Positions 19,774 through 29,351 of a stretch of DNA of 64,000 bases are shown here, in pieces (positions within the stretch are counted from its first letter, which is position 1; every line of letters starts with the position of its first letter). Position numbers and translations under genes: made by a program. The DNA is from Ignavibacteriota bacterium (GTDB taxonomy: Bacteria; Bacteroidota; Ignavibacteria; Palsa-1295), in the NCBI GenBank assembly GCA_963787835.1, contig CAWBEI010000002.1:1152001-1216000 (forward strand), in the 5' to 3' direction. The notes under the pieces were generated by a model. It searched no databases. It had not been told where the DNA came from and worked only from the letters and a program-made list of their open reading frames with translations.

Positions 19774-22218
19774 TTATGCCGACACTTTCGTGGCTGTTTT
19801 TTCTTTTATCGAGAAATCAGCGTAGGTTTTTTGTGTAGCTTCACAGAGGCTTTCGAGCGTATCAGCTTTGAGCCCGATTGATGAGTCAAAGGATGTCAAA
19901 AGGTGCTCGGTTGCCAGTTCTTTACGAGTAAGAATCATTACCGGAATTACCTGGCTTGTCTTCCGAGCCTTCATTATTTTTCGTATCATTGTTCCGATAA
20001 GCCGTTTTTCTGAATCGTCGAGACTGGTTTTGAGTGTTGCGAAAAAGCAAGCCGCTTCAGGAAATTCCGACATTATAAATGCAATTTTATCAACATCCTC
20101 ATTCGTAAAATTATTAGTCGTCTTGCACTCTCCAAAAATAAGTCTTGTTTCTTCTCTCAAGTAGTTGTAGCGCATGAAGAGACCGAGATCAGCTTCTATT
20201 TCTTTCAGGGCATTCTCCTTCTTTGCTACAAAGCTCAACAAGGGAGTAGTAGACGCACCTGAATGAAGGAAGTGAGAGAAAAAGCGAAGCGTTAGCAGAA
20301 CTGTGTAGCTTCCGTGAGCCGCACCAGGCGACCGGAACGGTCCAAGCAACCTATACGACCATGGCAATGAGCCCGGCCGTTCATCCATGAGATTCAGCAA
20401 ACCCCCACAAACGGGACAAGGAACTTCCGACCCGATCTCGGTTCGCGGAAGCCACGTAGATTTTGAACAAGTTGTGCATTTGGGGGTTACACCTAGTTCA
20501 AGTATTCTTCTGTGAATCAGCTGTTTAAGAACATCGTCGGGTTCGTGAATTATTGAGTAGCCCGGAGCAATTTTGTTAAGTTGCTCGATCAACCCGGCAC
20601 GAGGAATGACACTAACTTCATATCCAAATTGGCGTTCCATTTGTGTTAACCTGGAATCAAGTTCCTTTATTTTTGAGGCCACGTTTCTGTTTTTTCGCAG
20701 CGCGATCCTTAACTCACTCCTAGGGCCTGCAAGGACACGCGTGGGTTTAACAGAATTGATGAGCATCGCAATGAGGTCATAATTTGCTAAAAGATTCAAG
20801 CCATAAATCCCGCCGAGTTGTGACAACATTGCTTCTGTTGTCTTGCCAGCATCAGAAAGTGCAATTTGCCATCCCTGTTCCTCAAGCCACTCTGTAAAAA
20901 TAGTTTTTGCATGCGGAATCATCATTCGAGCTGATTCTCCTCGCTGTCCAAGGAGCGTCAGTCCACGTTTACTAAATCGCCATTTAAATAGATCATAGCG
21001 GTCAATTGCCCTTACCATCTTCAATCCACCCTCTGGCATTACCTCAGCAAGCAACTCATCAGACCCTTCAATTCTCATTGAAATATCATTTGCAAACTGC
21101 TGTCTTGCCCATCCAAACAACTTAAACTCTGGTTGAAGTGGTGAGAACACGAAGGATTGTAAAGAAGAATGAACCCTTCGAGTTACTTCTCCACAACTCA
21201 ATGGTTTCACTTCAACGTGATCATATGGTCTAGCCCAATCGTCCCAAATTCTTGGCAGATGAGTGTGAACGACTTTAGCAGTTTCTCTGTCGTCAAACTT
21301 TTCATAGAACTCTTTGAATACTTCGAATTGAACGCTTCGCGCTTTCATTATATTGACTTCTTTTCGTCGAACCATATTGAAGAAGCTACCTACGAAGCTC
21401 GATTTTATCAACTCCTTACAGAAATCAACGACATTTGGATGCCTTGTCGATTGAATTGGGATTGGTGTAATGAACCAGCCAGCTGCTCTGAGATTCCAGT
21501 AATCAATAACATCACCGGCGTTCGATGCGTCTAACAAGAAAATTGCTCTTGTTTTATCATTCACATCAAGCAAAGGAGTAAATAGAGATGATATTCGTCG
21601 TGGAAAATATAGATCACTCGGTGCAAGTAGATCTACGTAATTCGAGAGATTGCAATCCAGTTTTTCGATTCTTAGGTCTTCTCCATAGCGAGACAACAAA
21701 GTTGATTCGATGTGAGGGGGCAAAGTTCCGAATACTGCAGAAAAAAATAAGCCGAAATTCTTCGGTATCTTAGGTATGCAAACACGTATCGGTTCACTTC
21801 TTATAAACTTAAACTCTGTATCCCGCCAATGATCAAGGATCTCAAAAAGGCCAGCACCATATTCAGGCGCACCGTAGCTCTTTACATGTTGCAATATTCC
21901 TGAATTTCTAATTACTCTCCTATTCGCGATAGTATTTACTCCTACGCTATCGAAATTAACCAAATAATCAGGGTCAAATGCATTAATAATACCATTAAAA
22001 AACTTTTTTGAAGTAGGTTTTAAAACTGGATGGCTCGAATAATTATCAGGTACTCGTTTGTAATTTGGGATTATGGGACATGCTGCACCACCCCAAAGAA
22101 ATGTTGCGGTTTCTATAGCCTCCTTCACCTGTTTATTTTTTTTGGGATCAACTATGAACCCAAACTTAAGAGGTCTTAGGGTTAAATCTATTGACGCGGT
22201 TACCAAATTTTCTTGCAT
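19774..22218 (-). CDS. Large AT-rich hypothetical protein with zinc ribbon and C-terminal PD-(D/E)xK-like motif
   Basis: CTTC...CPVC and EIEADL...IFGECKT; start set at MQENLV because the upstream in-frame part translates repeats. Confidence 0.65.
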   Translation of the reverse strand: MQENLVTASIDLTLRPLKFGFIVDPKKNKQVKEAIETATFLWGGAACPIIPNYKRVPDNYSSHPVLKPTSKKFFNGIINAFDPDYLVNFDSVGVNTIANRRVIRNSGILQHVKSYGAPEYGAGLFEILDHWRDTEFKFIRSEPIRVCIPKIPKNFGLFFSAVFGTLPPHIESTLLSRYGEDLRIEKLDCNLSNYVDLLAPSDLYFPRRISSLFTPLLDVNDKTRAIFLLDASNAGDVIDYWNLRAAGWFITPIPIQSTRHPNVVDFCKELIKSSFVGSFFNMVRRKEVNIMKARSVQFEVFKEFYEKFDDRETAKVVHTHLPRIWDDWARPYDHVEVKPLSCGEVTRRVHSSLQSFVFSPLQPEFKLFGWARQQFANDISMRIEGSDELLAEVMPEGGLKMVRAIDRYDLFKWRFSKRGLTLLGQRGESARMMIPHAKTIFTEWLEEQGWQIALSDAGKTTEAMLSQLGGIYGLNLLANYDLIAMLINSVKPTRVLAGPRSELRIALRKNRNVASKIKELDSRLTQMERQFGYEVSVIPRAGLIEQLNKIAPGYSIIHEPDDVLKQLIHRRILELGVTPKCTTCSKSTWLPRTEIGSEVPCPVCGGLLNLMDERPGSLPWSYRLLGPFRSPGAAHGSYTVLLTLRFFSHFLHSGASTTPLLSFVAKKENALKEIEADLGLFMRYNYLREETRLIFGECKTTNNFTNEDVDKIAFIMSEFPEAACFFATLKTSLDDSEKRLIGTMIRKIMKARKTSQVIPVMILTRKELATEHLLTSFDSSIGLKADTLESLCEATQKTYADFSIKEKTATKVSA

Positions 22219-22269
22219 ACAAATCTGAAACACAATCCTGAAATGAATCATTAGCTCATCCCATGCCCA

Positions 22270-22419
22270 CCAGGGGTTCCGCTTCGCTCCACACTTGGCT
22301 GTTGACATGTCACCCCCTTCGGGTTTTAGCATTCGAAGAACCACTAACCCCAGACTCACGTCCGGGGCTACAAATATGTCGTCCCTCCGGGACTGGTCGG
22401 GCTGGAAGCGCCGACCTAC
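22270..22419. repeat. Cluster of REP-like hairpins (two tandem units plus one GTAG arm)
   Basis: CCAGGGG...CACTTGGCT..ATGTCACCCCCTTCGGG, then CCCAGAC..GTCCGGGGCT..ATGTCGTCCCTCCGGGAC; GTAGGTCGGCGCTTCCAGCC on the minus strand. Confidence 0.65.
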
Positions 22420-22464
22420 GCGAAAAATAATTTCGGATTTCCCTTGCATTTGGGTTTTGGATGT

Positions 22465-22656
22465 GGTATATTAGGAAGTACATTAATAGGCACCAATTTC
22501 TATAAGAATAGCATTAACAATGGTTTTCATTATGAACGAGTTCTTTGGGAAAGCGGATTTTGGATATTTGTTGGAACAAATGGGCGAAATTGGCCTGGAA
22601 ACGAAGGTGGGTCGGGAACTCACAAGAAAGAAAAATGGCACCTATTTCTTGGAGAA
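22465..22656 (+). other. Unannotated conserved ~200-nt element, copy 1 (candidate ncRNA or non-autonomous element)
   Basis: Colinear blocks shared with the reverse complement of 59721-59942. Confidence 0.7.
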
Positions 22657-22797
22657 CAGCATTCTCGCATTAACTTATCCACAATTTGCATCAAAACGGA
22701 ACTAAGGAAAGAGCAAGATGCTTATTGAGCCGCCCAAAAGACCAGGATGGTCGGCCAGGTTGGTCGAAGGATGGTCGGGGCTAATCCAAAATTTATC

Positions 22798-23253
22798 GTG
22801 GCAACCAAAGATACCAGCGTTTTTCGTACGAGAGCGACCAAGCAGGAAGAGGTCGTTCGTAAGTGGCATTTAGTAGATGCGGACGGCCAGACGGTCGGCC
22901 GTTTAGCGACTCGTGTGGCGACGTTGCTTCGCGGCAAGCATAAGGCGACGTTTTCGCATCATGTCGATACCGGCGATTTCGTCGTCGTTATCAATGCGTC
23001 GAAGGTGAAAATGACGGGCAAGCGTATGTCACAAAAAGAGTATTACCATAATACGCTGTATCCCGGCGGCGCACGTCACGAGAAATTCAGCGAGCTGATG
23101 GCGAAGCATCCGGACCGCATCATTACCGAAGCGGTAAAAGGTATGCTTCCGAAAAATTCGCTTGGCAAGAAGACGTTCAAGAAACTGAAAGTCTATGCCG
23201 GTGCAGAGCATGAACACGCGGCGCAGAATCCACAGCCTTTTTCTTTAGGGTAA
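22798..23253 (+). CDS. rplM: 50S ribosomal protein L13
   Basis: [22 protein letters not shown]...HVDTGDFV; GTG start. Confidence 0.97.
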   Translation: MATKDTSVFRTRATKQEEVVRKWHLVDADGQTVGRLATRVATLLRGKHKATFSHHVDTGDFVVVINASKVKMTGKRMSQKEYYHNTLYPGGARHEKFSELMAKHPDRIITEAVKGMLPKNSLGKKTFKKLKVYAGAEHEHAAQNPQPFSLG

Positions 23254-23321
23254 AGGGTAAAGGGTAACGGGTAAAGCAAAGAAAAAAAATTAGCACTTAG
23301 CACTTTAGCACTCAGCACTTC
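23247..23321. repeat. Heptamer arrays (AGGGTAA)n and (TTAGCAC)n between rplM and rpsI
   Basis: Four units of each visible; first unit includes the rplM stop. Confidence 0.8.
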
Positions 23322-23326
23322 CAACA

Positions 23327-23725
23327 TTGGCAAAGCAAGCAACTATCTACGTCGGACGCCGCAAGAATGCGGTAGCTCGTGTTTTTCTCACTCCGAGCGC
23401 GGGTGAATCGGTCATCACCATTAATGATCGCACCTTCGAGAACTTTTTCCCCAATTCGCTTCACCGCGATGATGTGATCCGTCCATTCAAAGCGACGAAT
23501 ACGCTCGGCAGTTTTAATGTGCAGGCGAATGTTGTTGGTGGCGGCACAACGGGTCAGTCCGGCGCGGTGCGCTTAGGGATCGCTCGTGCGCTTGCAGAGA
23601 TGAACGAGGAGAACCGTCCGCTCTTGCGCAAGGCCGATCTTATGACGCGCGATCCACGCATGGTCGAGCGCAAGAAACCGGGACGCCCGGGCGCACGGAA
23701 GAAGTTCCAGTTCTCGAAACGATAA
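23327..23725 (+). CDS. rpsI: 30S ribosomal protein S9
   Basis: GRRKNAVARV, GGG..GQ.GA.RLGIARAL, RDPRMVERKKPG...ARKKFQFSKR. Confidence 0.97.
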   Translation: MAKQATIYVGRRKNAVARVFLTPSAGESVITINDRTFENFFPNSLHRDDVIRPFKATNTLGSFNVQANVVGGGTTGQSGAVRLGIARALAEMNEENRPLLRKADLMTRDPRMVERKKPGRPGARKKFQFSKR

Positions 23726-23756
23726 AATTTTCACCCTCCCAGCAATGGGAGGGATT

Positions 23757-23832
23757 ATCACAAATACGGATACAGCCGAACTGCATGGTGTCCAGCAATG
23801 GATAGCAATTAGGCTCCGTAGAGACATTAACC
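23757..23832 (+). ncRNA. rpsB leader (t44 / S2 autoregulatory RNA-like)
   Basis: TACGGA...TCCGTA stem followed by GAGACATTAACC directly upstream of rpsB, like the t44 architecture. Confidence 0.6.
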
Positions 23833-23860
23833 AAATAACGCACCATTGGTGCGATTGAAA

Positions 23861-24673
23861 ATGAGACTTAGCTTAGAAGACCTCCTGGCCTCCGGTGCTC
23901 ACTTTGGGCATCTCACACGCCGTTGGAACCCGAAGATGAAACCGTACATCTTCATGGAACGCAACGGAATTCACATCATCGATCTCAAGAAAACGCAAGA
24001 GCTTGCTGAAGAAGCGCTCGAAGCGGCGGAGCGATTGTCCGCAGAAGGAAAAAAATTCCTTTTCGTAGCGACCAAAAAGCAGCTTCGGGCCATGGTCAAA
24101 GAGGAAGCAGAACGCTCCGGCCAATTTTTTGCGATCGACCGCTGGTTGGGCGGCATGCTGACAAATTTCGCGACCATCCGCAAATCCCTCAAGCGCTTAC
24201 AGCAGATCGAAAAGATGGAAGAAGAAGGTTCCATCGAGAATTTTACGAAGCGCGAACGCCTCGATTATACCCGCGAGAAAGAGAAGCTTACGGGAACTCT
24301 GGGCGGAATCGTCGAGATGCGCGGTTTGCCTTCAGCGATGCTCATTATCGATATTAAGAAGGAGCATATCGCAGTCGAAGAGGCGCGCAAGCTTGGTATT
24401 CCGATCTTCGCGCTGGTCGATACGAATGTTGATCCCGATCTCGTGGATTATCCGATCCCGGCGAATGACGATGCGCTTCGTTCCGTTCAGCTTTTCGTTC
24501 ATGCGTTTGCCGACGCGATCAATAATGGCCGCGCAGCAGCTCGCGCTCGCAAGGTCGATGATGTAGCTACGGAAGGTCGTCCGGAACTCAATCTCGAACG
24601 CCGCGGACGCCGTGTGGAGATCGAAGCAAGCGACTTTATGCCGGTTCAGCCGGAACCCGCAACGGCAGCTTGA
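23861..24673 (+). CDS. rpsB: 30S ribosomal protein S2
   Basis: [29 protein letters not shown]. Confidence 0.97.
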   Translation: MRLSLEDLLASGAHFGHLTRRWNPKMKPYIFMERNGIHIIDLKKTQELAEEALEAAERLSAEGKKFLFVATKKQLRAMVKEEAERSGQFFAIDRWLGGMLTNFATIRKSLKRLQQIEKMEEEGSIENFTKRERLDYTREKEKLTGTLGGIVEMRGLPSAMLIIDIKKEHIAVEEARKLGIPIFALVDTNVDPDLVDYPIPANDDALRSVQLFVHAFADAINNGRAAARARKVDDVATEGRPELNLERRGRRVEIEASDFMPVQPEPATAA

Positions 24674-24743
24674 CCTCTCCCCCCAACCCCTCTCCTTCGT
24701 AAGGAGAGGGGCTTTTTCAAACTTAGCACTTTAGTACAATAAA

Positions 24744-25595
24744 ATGGCAATTTCAGCAGAACTCGTAAAAAATCTTCGCGATAAAACCGGCGCCGGTATG
24801 GCAGACTGTAAAAAGGCGCTCGAAGAAGCGAATGGCGATGAGCAAAAGGCGATTGAAGTCCTCCGCAAGCGCGGTTCTGCATCTGCTGCGAAACGAGCGG
24901 ACCGTGAGGCGAAAGAGGGAATTATCGTTGCCAGCGTTTCCGAAGATCGCAAACATGGCGTGCTCGCCGAAGTGAATTCCGAGACGGATTTCGTTGCGCG
25001 CAATGAATCCTTCGTTCGGTTTGCACAGGATATTGCTGATGCTGCTTTGAAAGTTGCACCGAATTCGCATGAGGAATTTTTAGTTGCCCGCTTATCGAAC
25101 GGCGCAACGATTTCCGAAGAAGTCGGTGCCCAAACCGGGCGCCTGGGTGAAAAACTGGAAGCTCGCCGATTTGAAATGGTTTCGGAACGATCTGGTTTTG
25201 TGACGAGCTACATTCATCCTGGTGCAAAGTTGGGTGTGCTGGTTGCTATTGCGGGCGGAACGGAAAACACGGCGCTTGGCCGCGACATTGCCATGCAAAT
25301 CGCAGCAATGAACCCAATGGCGGTCGATCGCACGCAGATCTCGACCGAACAGATCGAGAAGGAACTCGAAATTTATCGCACGCAAGCCCGTAACGAAGGC
25401 AAGAAGGAAGAAGTTATCGACCGCATTGCGAAAGGCAAACTCGAAAAGTATTATCAGGATTTTTGCCTTGCCGAACAAAGTTTTATTAAGGATGCAGCGA
25501 GAACTGTTACCGATCTTCTGAAAGAAGCCGGTGGATTAAAAATTACCGGCTTTGTCCGGATGCAGTTGGGGGAGATGCATAAGGGCGCGGAGTAG
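24744..25595 (+). CDS. tsf: Elongation factor Ts
   Basis: LRDKTGAGMADCKKAL, EVNSETDFVA. Confidence 0.97.
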   Translation: MAISAELVKNLRDKTGAGMADCKKALEEANGDEQKAIEVLRKRGSASAAKRADREAKEGIIVASVSEDRKHGVLAEVNSETDFVARNESFVRFAQDIADAALKVAPNSHEEFLVARLSNGATISEEVGAQTGRLGEKLEARRFEMVSERSGFVTSYIHPGAKLGVLVAIAGGTENTALGRDIAMQIAAMNPMAVDRTQISTEQIEKELEIYRTQARNEGKKEEVIDRIAKGKLEKYYQDFCLAEQSFIKDAARTVTDLLKEAGGLKITGFVRMQLGEMHKGAE

Positions 25596-25633
25596 GTGGC
25601 TGCATAAGCGCTACATCAAGTCTTTCGCAGTCA

Positions 25634-26365
25634 TTAGTAGATGGGGTGAGCCGACAATTCCGCGATAAAGACTACTATGCCTATATCGATTAGGACACCG
25701 ATTACAAGCCCTATCGTCTGGCCCGTGTTGCTCTTCTCGATAAACGTTGTATTGTAAAAATCGGTGTTTGTCAATGTGAAGAGCTTTTGCTGGTCTGAAA
25801 AGTGAAGGATCGCTTTTACAGGAACATTATTGGAATCGAGGGTGGATTTTAACTCGGTCAATGAATTTACGTTCCCATTCACATGAAAGTATGACATGCC
25901 TGAGACGGGCAGATCTTGGACCACGCCCTTCTGTGAAGCGCTCATGGCGATCCCGTCTGGGGTGAAACCACGGAATTGACCGGTAAAATATTCATATCCT
26001 TTTAAGAGGGTTTCGATGGAATCACCGATTTGTAATGGTATTACGCGTGAACTACGAGGCTTTGTCTCGAACGAAGTCCAGCGTTCACGATACTCGGAGT
26101 CCGGCTCATCCGTGTAGCCCTCGAATGTCGCATAGTGAACGGTTGAGTCATTATATCGGATTCGAGCGAATCGCTTGGTGTTGCTGTTAACGTCGCTAAA
26201 GATGGGCTTGGTAAACGCAGCAGTGGTATCAGAGCGCCAATTTGCATAATCATTTATATTATCTATCGATGCTCCAATCGAAGAAAGGAGGAATGTGCAG
26301 CCCTCGGCTGAAAATGCCGCGATTGCGAGGAGGAGAAAGAGGGAAGTGGTATGTGGGTGTTTCAT
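25634..26365 (-). CDS. Hypothetical lipoprotein (paralog of 26378-27172)
   Basis: Lipobox AEGC; C-terminal hydrophobic helix. Confidence 0.65.
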   Translation of the reverse strand: MKHPHTTSLFLLLAIAAFSAEGCTFLLSSIGASIDNINDYANWRSDTTAAFTKPIFSDVNSNTKRFARIRYNDSTVHYATFEGYTDEPDSEYRERWTSFETKPRSSRVIPLQIGDSIETLLKGYEYFTGQFRGFTPDGIAMSASQKGVVQDLPVSGMSYFHVNGNVNSLTELKSTLDSNNVPVKAILHFSDQQKLFTLTNTDFYNTTFIEKSNTGQTIGLVIGVLIDIGIVVFIAELSAHPIY

Positions 26366-26377
26366 TTTGGCTTTTAG

Positions 26378-27172
26378 TTATTTATGTGCTATATAATCGA
26401 TGCCATTCCCGCCACTAAAATTTGGTCCGCCGCCCCAGTTCCAATTGCCGCCAAATGAAAACTTGGGAGGATTAGTTACCAGTTCTATAATGATCGCGAG
26501 ATCTATGATCGCCCCGATCGCCGCCCCGATCGCTCCTGCATTACTGTGAGTGAATTTTACGTTAATAAAATCGCTGTTTGTAAGAGTGAATGGCTTTTGC
26601 TGCTGGTCGGTAAAGCGAAGAATGGCACGTACCGGCACATCGCTGGAATCGTACATCGATTTCAGTGTATCCAACGAATTTCCTTTTCCAGTTACACCGG
26701 CATAGTCCAAATCTGTTAGTGGCAAATACTTATGTCGATCGTTCTGGGCAACTTTCAGATAGATTCCCTCCGGGTAGTAAGCTTCGAAGATGCCGGCCTG
26801 TTTGTTGAACCAACTGTATTTATTGAGTTCGATCGAATCCCCAATGTTAATTGGGATCGTGGATGAATTAGGATGCTTTGTAGCAAACAAGGTCCACTGT
26901 GTACGGTAAGCCGAGTCTGTCTCATCCGAGTAGTCCTCGAATGTTGCGTATCCTACGTTCGAGTCGTTATATTGGATGCGAGCGAATCGCCCGGTGTTAC
27001 CGTTTGCGTCGTGAAAAAGCGGCTGGGTAAAGGTCGCTGTGGTATCGTGGGCGTGGTTATTTACGTTATCAATAGCGGCACCGATCCCCAAGCCAATGAG
27101 GGTGCAGCCATTGCAGGAAAATGCTGCGATCGCAAGGAGAAGGAAGAGGTAAATGATGTTTGCTTGTTTCAT
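26378..27172 (-). CDS. Hypothetical lipoprotein (paralog of 25634-26365)
   Basis: Lipobox CNGC; shared RFARI.YNDS.V.YATFE and VPV.AIL.F.DQQ motifs. Confidence 0.65.
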   Translation of the reverse strand: MKQANIIYLFLLLAIAAFSCNGCTLIGLGIGAAIDNVNNHAHDTTATFTQPLFHDANGNTGRFARIQYNDSNVGYATFEDYSDETDSAYRTQWTLFATKHPNSSTIPINIGDSIELNKYSWFNKQAGIFEAYYPEGIYLKVAQNDRHKYLPLTDLDYAGVTGKGNSLDTLKSMYDSSDVPVRAILRFTDQQQKPFTLTNSDFINVKFTHSNAGAIGAAIGAIIDLAIIIELVTNPPKFSFGGNWNWGGGPNFSGGNGIDYIAHK

Positions 27173-27308
27173 GTTCGTTGTCGTTAGTTTAGGCTCCAAA
27201 AATACCTTATATGGCAGGGGGACTTGTCACCGAATTGTCATAAAGTTGTAAAAGAATTTATATGCAAATTCACCCTTTCATTGGTATTGTGTCGTATTTT
27301 TGCACCTA

Positions 27309-28034
27309 ATGCATAGCAATTCTAAATCCCGGTATAAACGGATTCTGCTCAAGCTTTCGGGAGAGGCCCTGATGGGCGAGCGAGAATATGGCATCGATCC
27401 CAAAGTATTAGAACAATTTGCTGCCGATGTCGTGGAAAGCGCAGCCTTGGGTGTAGAGATCGGGATCGTGGTTGGAGGGGGTAATATTTTTCGTGGCGTG
27501 TCAGGAAGCACGGAAGGCATCAGCCGTGTGCAGGGCGACCAGATGGGAATGCTCGCCACAATGATCAATGCGTTGGCCTTGCAGAATGCGCTGGAGTCTG
27601 CCGGACTTTATAGCCGGCTCATGTCCGCAATCTCGATGACGCAATTTGCGGAGCCATTCATTCGGCGCAAAGCGATTCGGCATTTAGAAAAAGGCCGAGT
27701 CGTTATTTTTGGATGCGGTACTGGCAATCCATTTTTCACAACCGATACCGCTGCTGCACTTCGTGCAGTCGAGATCGATGCTGATGCTGTATTCAAAGGC
27801 ACGCGCGTCGATGGCATTTACGATTCCGATCCGGAAAAGAATGCCGATGCCCGGCACATTCCATCGATCAGTTACATGGAAGTGCTCCATCAGGGACTTC
27901 GCATCATGGATCTGACAGCCATCACCCTTTGCCAGGAAAATAATCTGCCTATCGTAGTTTTTAATATGAACAGAAAAGGGAATTTACAGCGAGTGCTAAC
28001 CGAGGACGGCGTCGGAAGTATTGTGACGGTGTGA
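27309..28034 (+). CDS. pyrH: UMP kinase
   Basis: [34 protein letters not shown]. Confidence 0.97.
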   Translation: MHSNSKSRYKRILLKLSGEALMGEREYGIDPKVLEQFAADVVESAALGVEIGIVVGGGNIFRGVSGSTEGISRVQGDQMGMLATMINALALQNALESAGLYSRLMSAISMTQFAEPFIRRKAIRHLEKGRVVIFGCGTGNPFFTTDTAAALRAVEIDADAVFKGTRVDGIYDSDPEKNADARHIPSISYMEVLHQGLRIMDLTAITLCQENNLPIVVFNMNRKGNLQRVLTEDGVGSIVTV

Positions 28035-28042
28035 AGGAATTC

Positions 28043-28620
28043 TGAACCTGGATTTATGGGATGAATGGGATGTTTGAGATAAAGCTATGACTGAGAAAGA
28101 TCTCCCTGACTCCGAGATCACTCGAAAAATTATTGGATGCGCTATGAAAGTGCATACCGAATTAGGCAACGGGTTTCAGGAATTTATTTATCAGGCTGGT
28201 TTGGAAATCGAATTTCGAGATCAAGGGATAGAGTACGAGAGAGAGTTTGAAATGCCTATTTATTACAAAGCTCAATTATTAGGCACTCGACGCATAGATT
28301 TTTTAGTTAATCGAAATATCTCCGTTGAACTCAAAGCGATTATTGAGCTCGGTGACGTGCATATTGCCCAAGCTTTGAATTATCTTGAAGCATACAATAT
28401 TCAGACCGGATTACTCATCAATTTTGGTTCAAAACGCCTTACATTTCACCGATTGCGCAACAAAAAGTATCGGCCCACCATTTGAACTGGGATGTTTGGG
28501 ATGAATGGGATGTTTAGTATAAGGTGGATAGGATAATCACACTCTGAGGAATTAAACTGCCTCATCGAAAGCATAGACCATTATCCCAAACATCCCATTC
28601 ATCCCATAAATCCAGGTTCA
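28043..28620. mobile_element. GxxExxY cassette bounded by 40-bp inverted repeats
   Basis: 28043-28082 and 28581-28620 match 39/40 as an inverted repeat; degenerate direct copy at ~28483-28522. Confidence 0.7.
28087..28485 (+). CDS. GxxExxY protein (PD-(D/E)xK nuclease fold)
   Basis: LGNGFQEFIY, RIDFLV...VELKA, Q.LNYL......GLLINFG. Confidence 0.92.
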   Translation: MTEKDLPDSEITRKIIGCAMKVHTELGNGFQEFIYQAGLEIEFRDQGIEYEREFEMPIYYKAQLLGTRRIDFLVNRNISVELKAIIELGDVHIAQALNYLEAYNIQTGLLINFGSKRLTFHRLRNKKYRPTI

Positions 28621-28627
28621 GGAGCCT

Positions 28628-29191
28628 ATGAATACCATCAAAGAAATCACCGCCGACTGCGAGAACCGCATGTCAAAAGCCGTTGAAAATGTACGGCATG
28701 AACTCGCTAAAATTCGCACAGGCCGCGCCTCGACCGCGCTGCTGGATGCCGTGAAAGTGGAAGCCTACGGCAGCGAAACGCCGCTCAATCAGGTTGGGAA
28801 CCTGAGTGTGAGCGATGCGCATACGATCTCGATCCAGGTGTGGGATAAAGGGTTGATGGGTGCAGTAGAGAAGGCAATTCGCAATGCTAATCTCGGATTA
28901 AATCCCATGAACGACGGGCAGATGATTCGTGTGCCAATGCCACCGCTGACCGAAGAGCGGCGAGTGGAGATATCCAAGCTCGTCAAAAAATTTGGCGAGG
29001 AAGGAAAGATCGCCGTCCGAAACGTTCGCCGCGATGCGATGGAACATTTGAAGAAAGCGGAAAAAGCTGACCACTTTAGCGAGGACGACCGCAAGCGCGG
29101 CGAGGATGAAGTTCAGAAAAAGACCGACCATCAGATCAAGGAGATCGATAGTCTCGTTGCGACCAAAGAAAAAGAAGTGATGGCGGTATAA
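28628..29191 (+). CDS. frr: Ribosome recycling factor
   Basis: IRTGRAS..LLD, LGLNP..DG, PPLTEERR, AVRNVRRD. Confidence 0.97.
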   Translation: MNTIKEITADCENRMSKAVENVRHELAKIRTGRASTALLDAVKVEAYGSETPLNQVGNLSVSDAHTISIQVWDKGLMGAVEKAIRNANLGLNPMNDGQMIRVPMPPLTEERRVEISKLVKKFGEEGKIAVRNVRRDAMEHLKKAEKADHFSEDDRKRGEDEVQKKTDHQIKEIDSLVATKEKEVMAV

Positions 29192-29197
29192 TTAATA

Positions 29198-29336
29198 CTG
29201 TCATTCCAAGCGTAGTTTGTCGAGCGAAAGCGAGACAAACGAAGTCGAGGAATCTTTTTCTGAAGTAGCATAGAACCAGATTCCTCGACTCCGAAAATCA
29301 TCGCTTCGCTCTGATTTTCTCTGCTCGGAATGACAG
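29198..29336. repeat. Long palindromic REP/RPE-like element (CTGTCATTCC...GGAATGACAG)
   Basis: Terminal IR plus inner AGTCGAGGAATCT/AGATTCCTCGACT. Confidence 0.85.
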
Positions 29337-29351
29337 AATAATATAAATTCA

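Noticed and set aside
22219-22449. N-terminal 77 codons of the 891-aa ORF
   Set aside because: Read-through of REP hairpins; the AT-rich body starts at MQENLV
22675-22683. DnaA box suggesting oriC (also 59809-59817)
   Set aside because: Isolated boxes, no cluster and no dnaA/dnaN nearby
22520-22705. 61-aa ORF inside the conserved element
   Set aside because: Copy 2 has an in-frame stop and indels, so conservation is not at protein level
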